Assembly (NCBI RefSeq): GCF_000485595.1
Contig: NW_014577085.1
Location: forward strand, 70,456-134,455
From: Priapulus caudatus
Lineage: Eukaryota
DNA: 64,000 bases
Reading direction: 5' to 3'
Position numbers and translations under genes: made by a program. Positions within the stretch are counted from its first letter, which is position 1, and every line of letters starts with the position of its first letter. A model generated the notes under the pieces. It searched no databases. It was not told the origin of the DNA and worked only from the letters and a program-made list of their open reading frames with translations. Of this stretch, positions 1 through 21,100 are shown piece by piece.

Positions 1-90
1 GAGTTGGAATTTATTGATATTTAATTGGCTAAGCTGCTTCCATGAAAACCAGTTCAAACAGAAAGAATTTTCCATCTAACTACATACTAT

Positions 91-1037
91 CAAGAGCATA
101 TAAAGAAGGAGAGCGTACAACGGTAAAATGCTGAAACCATGTTGCAGTATTAGTCGAATTAATAAACTTTCCCCGTTTTATTTTGACGATTCTTTGCAGT
201 ATTATTGATCAGCTGTCCTGCCTTGTTCATATAAAACTAGACAAGAGGGCACTCACGGAGAGTGCATACCTCCGCCAGCGACACATGTACACATGTACAG
301 CTCACATGCGCTGGCTGGCTGGCTCGCTGACTCGACGCGACGCTAATATTGATCGCGCAAACACACGATTTCACTGCGCTGGCTGCACGAACACACGAAC
401 ACACGAACGCATGAGACCGATCACATAACCTCCTCCAACTCCGTTGGGCGGAGGTAACAAACCGCATGTCCCTACGATGCCCCTACGCGGAGATAATGAG
501 CGGTGAAAATCTGGTATTTTCGCCGAACACCGACTAGACATTAGTCAGTACTGCGACCGACTCGCGTTCTGGCGATAGCTTCGGGAAACCTCGCGTGTTT
601 CCGTTATTCATTGACAATGAAATTTTTTTTTCTTCTACTATCTTTTCTCGCATTTCCAGTCATCGAAGCAGCCATTACTCCACAAAAACGTCTTGTTATT
701 TATCGCCATCGTAATGACCCGCCTCTTATGCTGGATGTAGTAACGCTGTAGTAATAACGTATCGAGTCAGCGCTACACAGCGGCGACCGGAAGCAACAGA
801 CTGGCCACACTTTGAGAGTGGGTCACAGTACTGACTAATCGGTGTTCGGCGAAAATACTAGATTTTCACCGCTCATTATCTCAGCGTAGGGGCATCGTAG
901 GAACATGCGGTTTGTTTTATATGAACCAGGTTGGACAGCTGATCAATAGTACTGGGGAAAGTTTATTAATTCGACTAATACTGCAACATAGTTTCAGCAT
1001 TTTACCGTTGTACGCTCTCCTTCTTTATATGCTCTTG
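91..1037. mobile_element. Non-autonomous long-TIR (foldback) DNA transposon, P/Galileo-like, 7-bp TSD
   Basis: Termini CAAGAGCATATAAAGAAGG...CCTTCTTTATATGCTCTTG. Arms 91-237 plus 459-558 pair with 821-1037. Perfect TSD ATACTAT at 84-90 and 1038-1044. No transposase ORF. Superfamily inferred from CA termini and the 7-bp TSD. Confidence 0.8.
238..458. mobile_element. Helentron/HINE-like non-autonomous element nested in the left arm of the foldback element
   Basis: Absent from the right-arm counterpart (gttcatataaaac^aaaccgcatg). It has subterminal inverted repeats TACCTCCGCC / GGCGGAGGTA, a 3' hairpin (acctcc...ggaggt), an A-rich insertion site and no clear TSD. A second copy lies at about 3814-4033. 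Confidence 0.55.
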
Positions 1038-1079
1038 ATACTATCACAGATAAAGAAATGGGGTTTCTTTTCTCTTCAG

Positions 1080-1222
1080 GTAGATGGCAGCACTGGAGCG
1101 GAAGCGTGCCGGAGTACATCTACCCGCTGGACGTGACACCGGAGTACAGCTCCGTGCTGGTGCCATGCATAGACAACGTCAGATGCGACTTCCTTCTGCA
1201 GACCGTGGCGAAGCAGGGGAAG
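1080..1222 (+). CDS. DNAH5: Intact duplicate copy of a dynein heavy chain exon (GRWQHWSGSVPEYIYP...FLLQTVAKQGK)
   Basis: 143-nt exon, ttcag|...AAG|gtacgt, phase 1 to 0. It fits exactly between exons 3298-3523 and 5500-5634 and lies in a block duplicated across the N gap at 1318-1327. Confidence 0.9.
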
Positions 1223-1592
1223 GTACGTACCCAGGTTCTTCCCTCAACATCGCATCATATAGTATAATAATTAACACAGTATCTCAGCATAGCAAGGTAC
1301 ATACGCAGGTTTTTCCTNNNNNNNNNNAAAAAAAAAAAAAAAAATAGTTCTACTAAAAGAGAATTGTCGTAGTCAGATTGAAGGTGGTACATGTACTCAA
1401 AAGTGCCTCATATTTGCTCAACCTACGGCCCTGACTACACAAGCCCTGCGTGTTAGTCCAGATATATCTGATATCTCTTGTCTCCTGATGTATACAATGT
1501 GTGCTTTCGTTTTGAAGGTAGTCTCCCCTTGTCTCCTATTGTACACAGTGTATGCTCCAATTTTAGTTAGTCTAAAAACTTTGATGTTGCAG

Positions 1593-9963
<8,371 letters not shown>

Positions 9964-10079
9964 GTGAGCCGCCACGAGCGCGAGACACTCCCTGCTGCTG
10001 ATAAAACGCGAATCATGTCGTCATTTCTACACGCGGGGAGGGGGGTAGATGGAGGGAGGAGGTAATGCAGACATGTGTT

Positions 10080-10250
10080 ATGGATGGATGGATGGATGGA
10101 TCGGTGGGTTGGGGTGAATGGATGGATGAATGGATGGATGGATCGGTGGGTTGGGGTGGATGGATGGATGGATGGATGGATGGATGGATGGATGAATGGA
10201 TGGATGGATCGGTGGGTTGGGGTGGATAAATGGATGGATGGATGGGATGG
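10080..10250 (+). repeat. (GGAT)n compound microsatellite
   Basis: ggatggatggatcggtgggttgggg units. Confidence 0.9.
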
Positions 10251-11454
10251 GCAGAGATGCCAACCACTACGATTTATACGAATTTTATACGAATATCTAT
10301 TCCTTTGCACCACTACGACCAGTTTGTATCAAACTACGAATTTCACTGAGATCGGAAAAAAATAATTTTTTTGGTCCGTCAGTCTATAATACGCAGGGGA
10401 AAAAATACACGGGGGCGGCAGGCGATTTCGCCTCCGAAATGCCAAAAAGAGCCCCGAAAACATGATATTGGGGGCGACCCCAAAAGAAAAAGTTGCCCTG
10501 GAAATCGATTGTCTAGGTCGGTCCCGCGCCTTCTCGCTCGGCGTTGCTGCGCTGCGATGCCTAGGCCTCTGCCGCTAGCGGCAGCCGGTTCCACGGCGCG
10601 GTAGAATTCATGGTACGGTGTGACTGTCAAGTGTTTACCATTTAAGCATGCATGTGTGTACTGTACTGTATTGCATTCAATCAAGCGCGTGCCGCTGCCC
10701 GCGCGTATATACGTGTGTGCCTGTGCGCGTGCTTGCGTGTGTGCCTGCGCGCGTGCGTGTGTGCGTGCCGGTGTGCCTGCGGGCGTGCTTGCGTGTGTGC
10801 CTGCGCGCGTGCATGTGTGCGCGTGCGTGCGTGCCTGCATGCGTGCGTGCGTGCGTGTGTGCGGGTGTGCCCTGCGGGCAGTGCCTACGTAGACCCGTAG
10901 GTCCAACGACCCGTAGGATTATAGAACGGTAAATCCATGAAAATCAATAATGAAATTCACACGTATATTTTCCTGCCGGCACACTCGTGTGTCATTCCCG
11001 ATTGTAGCTTTTTCGTCATTCCCCGAAAGGAGTTTGCTGTCACTTTATCTCTCATAGTCCAGCAATGACAACCCTCTACATTTTAGTAGTGATTAGTACC
11101 ACGCTGAAACAATCGTGCCCCCCCCCCCGTACTTCAATCAATGCCACCTGAGACATGAATGTTTGCATGAATCTTGCGTGATGTTAACTCCGTTGACGGG
11201 GGGGGGGTGACAGACGACGGGATCATATCGTAAGCTAGGCTGCCGCCACGTCCGCTACTGCTGAGTCAGTGAGTGCTGACCAGCCGTCTGTAACCTTATA
11301 CTAGTGACCACCACTGACACCCTGCATCTCTGCACCTCGCACCGTGATCTCTATCAACCGTTCTATGAACCGTTTACACTGACGACTGCGAGTTGGCGCG
11401 ACTCGATTGAGCGGTCACCGCCGACCGCGAACGTACGCGTGGGGCATTGGATAT

Positions 11455-12401
11455 AGGGTTAGGGTATATATATACTCTAACCCTAATATATATATATATA
11501 TATATATATGGTTAGGGTATATATATATATAGGGTTAGGGTATATATATATATACCCTCACCCTAACCCCTACCCTAACCCTAACCCCTACCCTAACCAC
11601 GTACACGCGTGCGTGCACATACACGCGTACCCGCACATACACACGTGCGCGCACGTACACACGTATGCTCGCACATACACATGCACGCATGCGGTCATGT
11701 GCATCTGTGCACGGCAGATACACTCACGTGCACCTATTGTACGCAGGCCGCAGGTACACGCCCGCGTGTATGTACACGCATGCGCGCGTGCACATAAGGA
11801 GCTCGGCTGCACGATCTTGGANNNNNNNNNNAAAAATACCTAACCTATATGATATATATACCCTAACCTATATATATATAACCCTAACCATATATATATA
11901 TATATAGGGTTAGGGTATATATATATATAGGGTTAGGGTATATATATATATACCCTCACCCTAACCCCTACCCTAACCCTAACCCCTACCCTAACCACAC
12001 ACACCACGTACACGCGTGCGTGCACGTACACGCATGCGTGCACATACACGCGTGCGTGCACGCATGCGTGCGCGTACACGCATGCGTGCGCATACACGCG
12101 TGCGTGCGCATACACGCGTGCGTGCACGTACACGCATGCGTGCGCGTACACGCATGCGCGCACCGTACACGCGCGGCGTGCAATACACGCGTGCGTGCAC
12201 ATACACGCGTACCCGCACATACACACGTGCGCGCACGTACACACGTATGCTCGCACATACACATGCACGCATGCGGTCATGTGCATCTGTGCACGGCAGA
12301 TACACTCACGTGCACCTATTGTACGCAGGCCGCAGGTACACGCCCGCGTGTATGTACACGCATGCGCGCGTGCACATAAGGAGCTCGGCTGCACGATCTT
12401 G
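11455..12401. repeat. TTAGGG/CCCTAA + (TA)n + (GCAC/ACGC)n repeat block, duplicated across the N gap
   Basis: 11508-11821 is repeated at about 11881-12401 with an expanded microsatellite. The gap is at 11822-11831. Confidence 0.85.
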
Positions 12402-12989
12402 GACAAACCCAATGCTCTCGTAGCAACACCGGCATCCTGACTCTGTGACTGTGCACGAGTCTTTGCGCCTGTGCGTGCGGAACCTCGGCTTTATGCCACA
12501 GAGAGTCGTGTTAGCTTCCTTGCCTGACCCGCAGATTGTTGTATTACAATCATCTGTGAGTTCTGTCTGTACGGAGGGGCGGGATGTGCCTATCGTCGTC
12601 ATCGTAGTTGTTATTGTTGTTGTTGTTGTTGTTGTTGTTTGTTTGTTCTGCTGTTTCTTGTTGGCGGCGGCAACGGAGAGGAGAACAGGGAGAAGAGAAG
12701 GATGTTGGGGATGCGGATGCGGATCAGCGAGTGGGATTTAGAGACGGGTGCGGAGCAATGATTATGGTTGATTTCGGTTGCATAACTCCTTCCTCGCAGT
12801 CGTTTTTCCTCTCTAAGAAGTTTTGTGTACGCGTGTGTACGGTCCTTATACAATTGTTACCATGATTGTTATACAATGTATTCACGTCATTGTTATACAA
12901 TGTTATCACGATTCTATACAGTGTTACCATAATTCTTACACATGGGCACCACCATTGTTATATCAATGTACGTTATACAATCAGACATG

Positions 12990-14591
12990 CACTGGCGTAG
13001 CTAAGGGGGGCACAAGGGGGCCATGGCCCCCCTGTTGATTGGCAAACAAAACAAAACAAAAATTTTCCTTGCTCTCACGCGTCTTCACAGGACTGGCCAC
13101 AATTCTGTTACTTCTGCATCTGCTGAACGAACATTCTCTAAATGAGCATTGTCAAGTCTAAACTTCGTTCTACAATGACCCAGCCACGATCTCTGCTCTC
13201 ATTCTCCTTTTCGTTGAACAGGAGTTAGTGAATGACATTAATGTCAACGAAATCTCAAAATCGACGAGAAGACTGACTTTGGATTTTGAGATTTCTGCGG
13301 CAGACAAAACATGACTAAAAGAAAGGAGATAATTCTTCTTTGCTCAGATTTGTGTTGTTGCAAGTTGGCTTTGATTGATTTTATGGTTCTGAACTCTTAT
13401 TGACAGAAGAAAAGAAATGAAATGCTTTGTGAATAACTTTGATATATTCGAACTTATAGACGGCCATTTTGGCAGAAACCTCGGTTTTTATTTCAAATCC
13501 GATTTCAACACTATTTTAAGTAACTGTTCTCTATCAGGGGAGGCAAAAACAATTCTTTTCATGGTAAATTTCCTTTTTATTTTAATAGAGCGGCTATTTT
13601 GGCAGCTACCTTTGTTTTTATTTGAAATCAAATTTCAATATGGTTTTTAGTTCTTCATCAGAGGAAAAGCAAAAACATTTTTTATAACGAACAAAATGTT
13701 AATGTGATCTTTAACGCTATTGTATTCTAAACGATGTAAATATTTGTAATTTAAATAAATTGCATGTTTATTCAGTGCAGTTCCAACACATCTACCTGTG
13801 TTTCCCGTAGATCTTTATTTCGATTTCATTCAATATGCCTCTACTTTTCAAAAAATAATTTAACTTTTAACTTTATATTGAGGAACTTGAAACAGTTTAT
13901 GACGAATAAATATCAACATTGCATGGTACTGCTAACAACACAATCAAACTAATTCCAATATTCCGTCAGTGCTTGAATGAGGAATAGGCGTAGCTAAGGT
14001 GGGGGCACAAGGAGGCCATGACCCCCTCTTGATCGCGAGAGTACAAAAATTAAGAGAGAAGGCCCTGAATGGGATTGGTCTATACACTATTACTATACCA
14101 ATAATGAAAATGAAATGCGCAAAAAAATGCCATTTTGATGCACATATTTTTCAAAATTACCCTACTGTGGAGGGGAAACACCCTCCCCCGTTGAGAAATT
14201 GCTTCATCACTGCTTTGGTCGCTTAACTCTTTTCTTCCTCCCTGAAAAACACTGGCTTCGTACACCATTTCACTGGTCTAGCTAAGGGTCACCCAACTGG
14301 TCGTGTGTAACCTCAGAGCCTTCCGCGCCACACCAGGGGCCATCGTCCCACTTGATCGGATTGGAGTGGAAAAATAAAAAGCGAGGGAGGGGGTTATAAG
14401 GGATTAGCATATGCACTTCTCATATAAGTTACCCCTAATACTGAATTTAGTTGTCAGAAAATGCCATTTTCATGCACGAATTTCAAAAATCTCCCTACCG
14501 TGGAGGGGATACCCCTCCCACACCCTACCCCCTCGGTCGCTTTCTCCCTCGCCTTGGCCCCCCCTGTTTCCAATTGCTGGCTACGCCACTG
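12990..14591 (+). mobile_element. Degenerate hAT-family element(s) with a transposase C-terminal dimerisation-domain relic
   Basis: TIR-like ends CACTGGCGTAGC (12990) and GCTACGCCACTG (14591), with extra left-end copies at about 13985 and 14270. 13093-13256 reads, with frameshifts, VTSASAERTFSK-SIVKSKLRSTMTQPR-SALILLFVEQELVNDINVNEI, the hAT dimerisation motif. No matching 8-bp TSD. Confidence 0.75.
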
Positions 14592-15164
14592 AGTGGAAAT
14601 ACAAAGTTTGCAAATCGTTACAAGTTGAACTTTTTTGTATAATTTATACAATTGTTCTACACTATTTCCAATTTTACACAGTAGTGAAATTCGAAGACTT
14701 CTTGTATCTTGTATCTTGTATATCTTGTATCTTAGGTCCCTCTCTTGTCTTTCACAAGGCACTCTAATGTAGGTGCGGGGATTACCTAATGAAACAGGAA
14801 ATTATGTCTACCTCCAGTTCTTTAGATATTAATACTTCGAATTGAGAATATCTTTCGTACATATTCTACTGCTGGTTTGAGTAACCCAGTGTAGTCCCAT
14901 CTCCAGTCTTCACTTTGTTAGCTGTCCTTATATCTGTTATAAAACTCACATTTATATAAATGTTCCAAGTTCTCTTTCATATTTTTATTACATAAATTTT
15001 GTAATTTATTTTGTCTAATGTCGGTAGTATATACCTATAGCTATTCGAAGAGCTTCTAGCGGTGTCTTACTGTGTGCTTTTAGCATTTTGCGTAAGCACT
15101 CATATTGGAAGTCTTCTAACATTTTTCCTTTTTCCTTGGTTAACCGGGTTAAGTTAGGTTGGTC

Positions 15165-15215
15165 CTAGCTCTAGTACTATAGCCCGCGGATCCGCGAGCT
15201 ATATACTAGAGCTAG
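15165..15215. mobile_element. 51-bp palindromic micro-element with 7-bp TSD, inserted in the LINE
   Basis: ctagctctagtactatagcccgcggatccgcgagctatatactagagctag, flanked by GTTGGTC at 15158-15164 and 15216-15222. Confidence 0.7.
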
Positions 15216-15387
15216 GTTGGTCCAAGTTTTACTGTTATTTAAGAAGGCGGATAGCACCGTGCACTCGTATAGTTTTACTCTCGCTTCTATCGTATAGTTC
15301 CATAGTTTTGCTCATCAGTCAGTGATATAATTTTTCTCATTATATATCGGCATTTTTCCGTTCGGGCTTTAATCATATCTGTATAAC

Positions 15388-15488
15388 CATAGATATATAC
15401 AACATATCAAGAGTGGATAATAAAGATCTATCCATTCTATTATATCTCTATTATCCACTCTTGAACATATGTGTTGTATATATCTATG
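15388..15488. mobile_element. Nested palindromic micro-elements: a CATAGA-type (38 bp when emptied) containing a CAAGAG-type (15408-15463)
   Basis: Outer TSD GTATAAC/GTATAAG. Inner perfect TSD AACATAT at 15401-15407 and 15464-15470. Confidence 0.8.
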
Positions 15489-16403
15489 GTATAAGTTAAT
15501 TATAACCTCCTTTCTCGTTTAGTAAATCTCCTAAGTATGTGTATTTAGAGTTTTTTTTAATTACTTGGTTACATAGTAGTATATACGTCTTTCTCCATCC
15601 TATCTTTGTTTCCAAATTTAACTACCATTATATTGGGTTTATTCATATTAAATTCTAACCGTCTTGATTCGGCTAAACTTGAACACGCTTGTGCGATTTT
15701 AGCTATCGTTTTGTGGTCCCCAATTCCAAGAATGTCGTCCATATATAAAAGTGGTCCAATTTCTTCCTCTGCTTCCAGCGTTTCAACTTTTTCCTTATTC
15801 TGGCCTACGTACGTGCGTGCGTGTAAGTACGTGCATACTTGCGTGTGTGAGAGAGCGTGTGGGCGTGTGTGTGTAAGTGTAACTAATATAATATTTTTTA
15901 TGGAGTATACATTCGTAAACTCCACATTTCATGTTAGAGCAATTACGTCACAGACTATAACAAAATCGAGTTAGATTATGGTTATACTTATATTATACAC
16001 TTTGGGTGTTTGATGCAGGAGCACAAAGTAATTATTCCGTGAGAAAAATCCAAGCAACGAATAAGAAAGAGGAAGAAAAAAGGAGAAGAGAACGTTAACT
16101 TGTCTGCCGTCGGTCGGCGCTAGTATCGTCGTCAGGAGTCAGTGTTCGGTGTTTAGTTGTGTTGACAAAAATAGTGTCGAGGTGGGGACAAAAAGGGACC
16201 AAAAACTTCAACTATCTTGCTGTAACTAGGTATCATTGTATACGATCTTCGGTTTAGTGTTTTCTCTGTGTACTTTGAAATCCTATAGTTGGTCTATTAT
16301 TACCTAAACTACAGTGCGGCTGCCACGCACTCTGAGTAAAGTACCCCTTTCAGAGTTCAGAGTTCAGTGTACTTTCCCAGTACAGAATGTACATAATACT
16401 CAT

Positions 16404-16748
16404 TAGATACAATAATGTAACCCAACAAGAGTAGGGTTACTTTGTACCCCTACTCGTGTTGGGTTACATTATTGTATCTACCTGTACATGCACTGACTTG
16501 GAACGTTTCAAGCATAAAATGATACATAACGATAAATAAACACGAAACGTATTTACTACCAAAGTCTTAATGTTTCTTTACTCTCTTTCGTCTATTATTA
16601 CAGATAATTTGCTGTAAAATTTTTGCTGTTCAAATGCTCTCCTGCAACACACGTACACTGCATGCATCACGCTAGATACAATAATGTAACCCAACAAGAG
16701 TAGGGTTACATTAACCCTACTCTTGTTGGGTTACATTATTGTATCTAG
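16404..16748. mobile_element. Two copies of an about 77-bp palindromic MITE (16404-16480, 16672-16748)
   Basis: tagatacaataatgtaacccaacaagagtaggg...ccctactcttgttgggttacattattgtatcta. The second copy is flanked by CATCACG/CATCATG. Confidence 0.75.
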
Positions 16749-17542
16749 CATCATGCATGTCGCTGACACTGCACGCATCACGCATGCTGCTGACACTGCA
16801 CAGACAACAAAAATATAGTCTGGAGAACCGTGACCACGATATTCTCACGACGCTCGTTTCGTTGCACAATACAAATACACAACTAACACTAACAGCCTCC
16901 ATTCTGATACCTGTGCGTAGTTAAATAAATGTTCACTTGTTCGAATTATAATTGGTTATTATTAGTTATAATTGGATATCTGGTGAATTCCTTCAGAAAA
17001 CTCTCACTAGAGCTGCTAAAAATGTAAATGGGAGCAAGTGCCCGTTTATCATCCGAAACTCTTTACATGCCTTATGCTAGCTTGGCTTGGCGAGCCTCAA
17101 AATGGAGATTGGAAGCAGGGATGCTTGAACAGTTGAACCCAGAATGAAATGCGGCGCTATTAGGCCACCCTTAAAAAATAGTTTGTTTCCCCTTTACCTA
17201 CTCGCCTCTCAGGGTACCGAGTAGGTAGGTAGGTGAAAAATCTTTTTTATTTTGTTTTGACAAGATGTGTGTATGGAAAACAAGCAATATTTTATCTTAG
17301 GCCTTGCTCTGTCATGTACTTGCTACACTTTTTTGGTCATGCTCTCCCACCTCTATATTTTTGTTGTTTGTGCACAGTGGCGTGCGTGCGGTGTACTTGT
17401 GTGTTGCAGAGGCGCATTTGAACGGCATTTACAGGAAATTATCAGTAATAATAGATGAAAAAAGTAAAGAAACATTAAGACTTTGGTAGTAAATACATTT
17501 TATGTTTATTTACCATCATTTTATGCTTGAAACGTTCCAAGT
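16496..17542. repeat. Diverged long inverted repeat (16496-16820 vs 17352-17542), probably DNA-transposon derived
   Basis: acttggaacgtttcaagcataaaatg...tactaccaaagtcttaatgtttctttac pairs with gtaaagaaacattaagactttggtagta...cattttatgcttgaaacgttccaagt. No TSD seen. Confidence 0.7.
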
Positions 17543-18173
17543 TCCTGTGAGTACTCTTGGCTGGAGTATCAATTTTCTTGGCTAGGCACATTCATTTGTC
17601 GAACCTCTTTGTAATAACAATTAATATTCTGCCACATTCACATTTTAGCATTTAGTTGGTGTAGGTTTTAGGCTATCCTTTACCCATATTTATGTAAGTA
17701 TAATAATGCTATTAATTATAATGGATCTACCTGTGTTTATGTACTAATGTAATAATAATATAATGCTATTAATTATAGTGGATATACCCGTGTAGCACTC
17801 TCTTCATCTCAGGATGGTAGCGCAATTTAAAGGCCAAATCTAGGTCTATTATAGCTATATTATGTAATGCCTGAATGCTATAGCACATTCTCACAATCAT
17901 TTTACTGCAAAGTTCATGGTTTAAAGTATTTTTAAATTTTATGATAAATATAGTTAATCATAGAAAATACAGTTGTAACTTGTTGCACTGATGTGATTAT
18001 AATTTTAATAGTATATATGCCTATAATATTACTGTTTCTTTTCTTTGCTAATTCCATTTAATTCAAATTCAATTCATTGTGGATACACACATATTCTGTA
18101 TTATACATTGTGGGTCTAATTCTCTGTACATATATCTTGTTATATTACATACTGTACAGGTTAACTGAACGAG

Positions 18174-21100
18174 ATGTCAAGCAAAACCACTGATCCTTCT
18201 CCCGAGTCTAACAAGAGGAAGCAACCCTGTGAAATCATCGCTTGGGTGAAAAAGCGAAAGATGTTGCATGGCGATGAATCTAGTTCAGTGCTGGATTTAA
18301 TGACTCCATGGATATCACCAACGGTCTGTTTCCAATGTTTCAGAATTTTAAGCTGTAATAAAGTAACTTAGCTTTAAGGTCCGCTTATGTCGGCCTTACG
18401 ACCTAGTCGCCGACAAGATTTGAATATCGTACGTCAAAAACCGGCCAGATCGCCGATAAAATCATCGGCGACCAAACTCGACATGAGTTCTCTTACGATC
18501 GAAAATACGGTCGCCGACTGCGATCGCAGGAATAGAACATGTTCTATTGCTATGCGGCTGTCGGCGACAAATTGTGAGTGGCAGCCAATCACCGCAGCGT
18601 GTCGAGTCACATGATTATCAAAAGTCACGTGATTAATAAAATGGCAGCCTACACAGCACTTGTCAGCAGTTTACAAGGAGGGATTATTGCACAAACCCTT
18701 TCTCAAATATATATTAAGTTTTCCGTATATCACATAAAAAAAAATTCTGCCCATGATTATAACGATGTTCAAAAAATTAAGGATAGATTTACGAAGTTAC
18801 ATGATGTTTACTGGTAAGCGCCATTTTGTTGGTCACGTACGTGACTCGTTTTATGTAGACTGGTCCCGGCGTCAAGCTTGCTCTGTTTGTGCTAAAGAAC
18901 TGCTTGTGCTAGTACAAATACTGGGGCCACGAACCCGTCTACGTTTTATGCATGAACGCTACGATCTGATTGGTGATGTGCAGCGTAGTCACTTCAAGTC
19001 GACATGAGTGTTGCTACGCTGCTAATCGGCGCTAAAGTAGTCGCTGATAGTCAAATCGTAGGCCGACCTGAGCTAGCCTTTAGTTGTCTTTACCTTTGCC
19101 ACAGTAGTGGAGATAGAAGAGCCAAATATCTTTCCATTGATGTTATATCGTTCATACATATACATGTGTATATATTTTATATACTATATATGAGGTAATC
19201 ATTAATTGGTCATTTTTTGCAGGTGTCATCAAATACGAGCAGTGACCTAAAAAAAGCCGGTTCAAACCAGAGGGATCACAGCTCCTTGCTAGAGGATAAA
19301 AATTATGATGCTACTGCAAATGTAGTATGTCAGAAATGTGTCAAGTATGAACGCTTATCAAAGATGTACAGACAGCAGGTAGAAAGAAATAAGGCACTGG
19401 AAAAAGAGTTGAAACATTATAAGGATGTTTCTGGTAAGCGAGAGTATACAAATAATGATGTTGTTATGGTAAGGGTTATGTAAAGGGATGAATTTGTGTA
19501 CTTACTTAGTTGACATTCATTGCGTGAAGTAAAACAGAAATAAATAGGGAAAATTTACAGTCCTCAAAATATCTCATCAGTATGTACATAGAAATGTGAT
19601 ACCTTCTGAGGCTTTCTGACTTACTTGCTTATACCAAAATTTTTAAGATGCTGGGATTTTGGTGCAGTCACTAAAGAGCATTCACGATGACTTTGTCAAG
19701 TTCTCTTCCGCTTACAGTTTTGAGGAAAGTCAACTGCCGCAAGTTCAGGTTAGTTTCTATATCAATGCAGTTATAACAAAAAAAACTATTGAGATCATCA
19801 TGTGAAATTATTATAAATGATGTGTGAGTCCTAGTGGGCTTACTTCTCTGAAGGAAGTATATATGAATTTGAGAAAACGTATACTGTATACGCTGTATAT
19901 TTTACAGTGGTTTAATTTTTGCGAATTTCGCGAACGCGTCCCAGACCGCGAAAATATCAACACGCGAATAATTCATACCGAATAATTCATAATTCACCGA
20001 CCACGAAATTAACCACTGGCGAAATTGGCCGTCAAGTCTGAATTTGCAAAAATATCTGTAGGCGAAAAATATGGCGTATACAGTAGTTTGAGAACCATTT
20101 AGTAATATGTACTTAATCAAAAGGGACAAAAACTATCAACGGGAGACCTGTTCTAATTGATACACATTGCTCTAAAAACTCAAATCTCATAGTTTTATAT
20201 TAAAGGAACAGTAGCCTCTAGGTTCTAGGGTTATTTTCAGCTAATTTAGGTTATAATTGCGCTACATAAAAAGTTTCATGGTTCAATCACCATTAGAAAT
20301 ATTTTTTTTTAATGTTTTAAAACTAACGACTACAGTTTGATTACAACGACGGTGGCGCCACTCAAAGCGCACGATCTGAGAAGTTGCGCAAAACCACTTT
20401 CCAGCCAAGGGCTACAGACCGAGGGTATTTCTTATTTATTCATTTAAAAGCAAAAGGATTGTAATATCTTATAAACGACATATAGTTTCAGTTATAATAT
20501 GGATAAATTTGCCCTAAAATGAATATCGTTCGGTTAAATAGCATTTAGGTATAAATATAATTGCACTTTTGTGATTAGCCCTCGGTCATTTACCTGCAAA
20601 ATAAAAATGCAAATACGCAACTTTTTCAGGGTGGCAGCACGGTCGCGAGTGTTATGGCGCCGTTCAAATTTCGTAGCGTTGATGTGTAAATAATTAATTA
20701 AGTATCTGGTGACAAATACATGTGGGTATAGACGATTTGTTATACAGTAAGTACAGTTGTATGCAGTAAAATCCTAGAGGCTACTGTCCCTTTAAGTTTG
20801 GCTAGTCTGTGTGGCAATTGCTGGATTAAGGTGGTTTGTGATGAAACGGGGTGCATGATAAAATCAATGTCTAATGTACTACCACCCTGACCTGCACTCT
20901 ACCTACTATGTACCTAATCCAGTACCTGACTGATCAGACATATACCTTAAATAAGGGGAAATCAAATGTTGATGTGTCAAATCGAGAGAAGTGATAAAGA
21001 GATCATGTTTGAGACTGCCATCATCTGAGATTATTTCATCTTGTGAATGCCTACTGCATTTTATTCAGCTTTATAATTAGAATTGTTCACCCCACAGCTG

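Larger units (their letters stand above)
14700..15805 (-). mobile_element. 5'-truncated, decayed non-LTR retrotransposon (CR1/L2-group LINE), RT C-terminal fragment
   Basis: Minus strand has PLLYMDDILG (RT YxDD motif), LEFNMNKPNIMVV, KYTYLGDLLNEKG and EARVKLYECTVLSAFLNNSKTW. It ends in a tandem (AAGATAC)n tail at 14700-14732. Clade assignment is tentative. Confidence 0.8.

Noticed and set aside
10379..12440. Many C/V/R/A/H/T-rich ORFs
   Set aside because: (GCAC)n/(GT)n low-complexity repeats, partly duplicated across an assembly gap.
12306..12741. ORFs on both strands just after the second gap
   Set aside because: No family motif or spliceable partner exons identified; not dynein-like.
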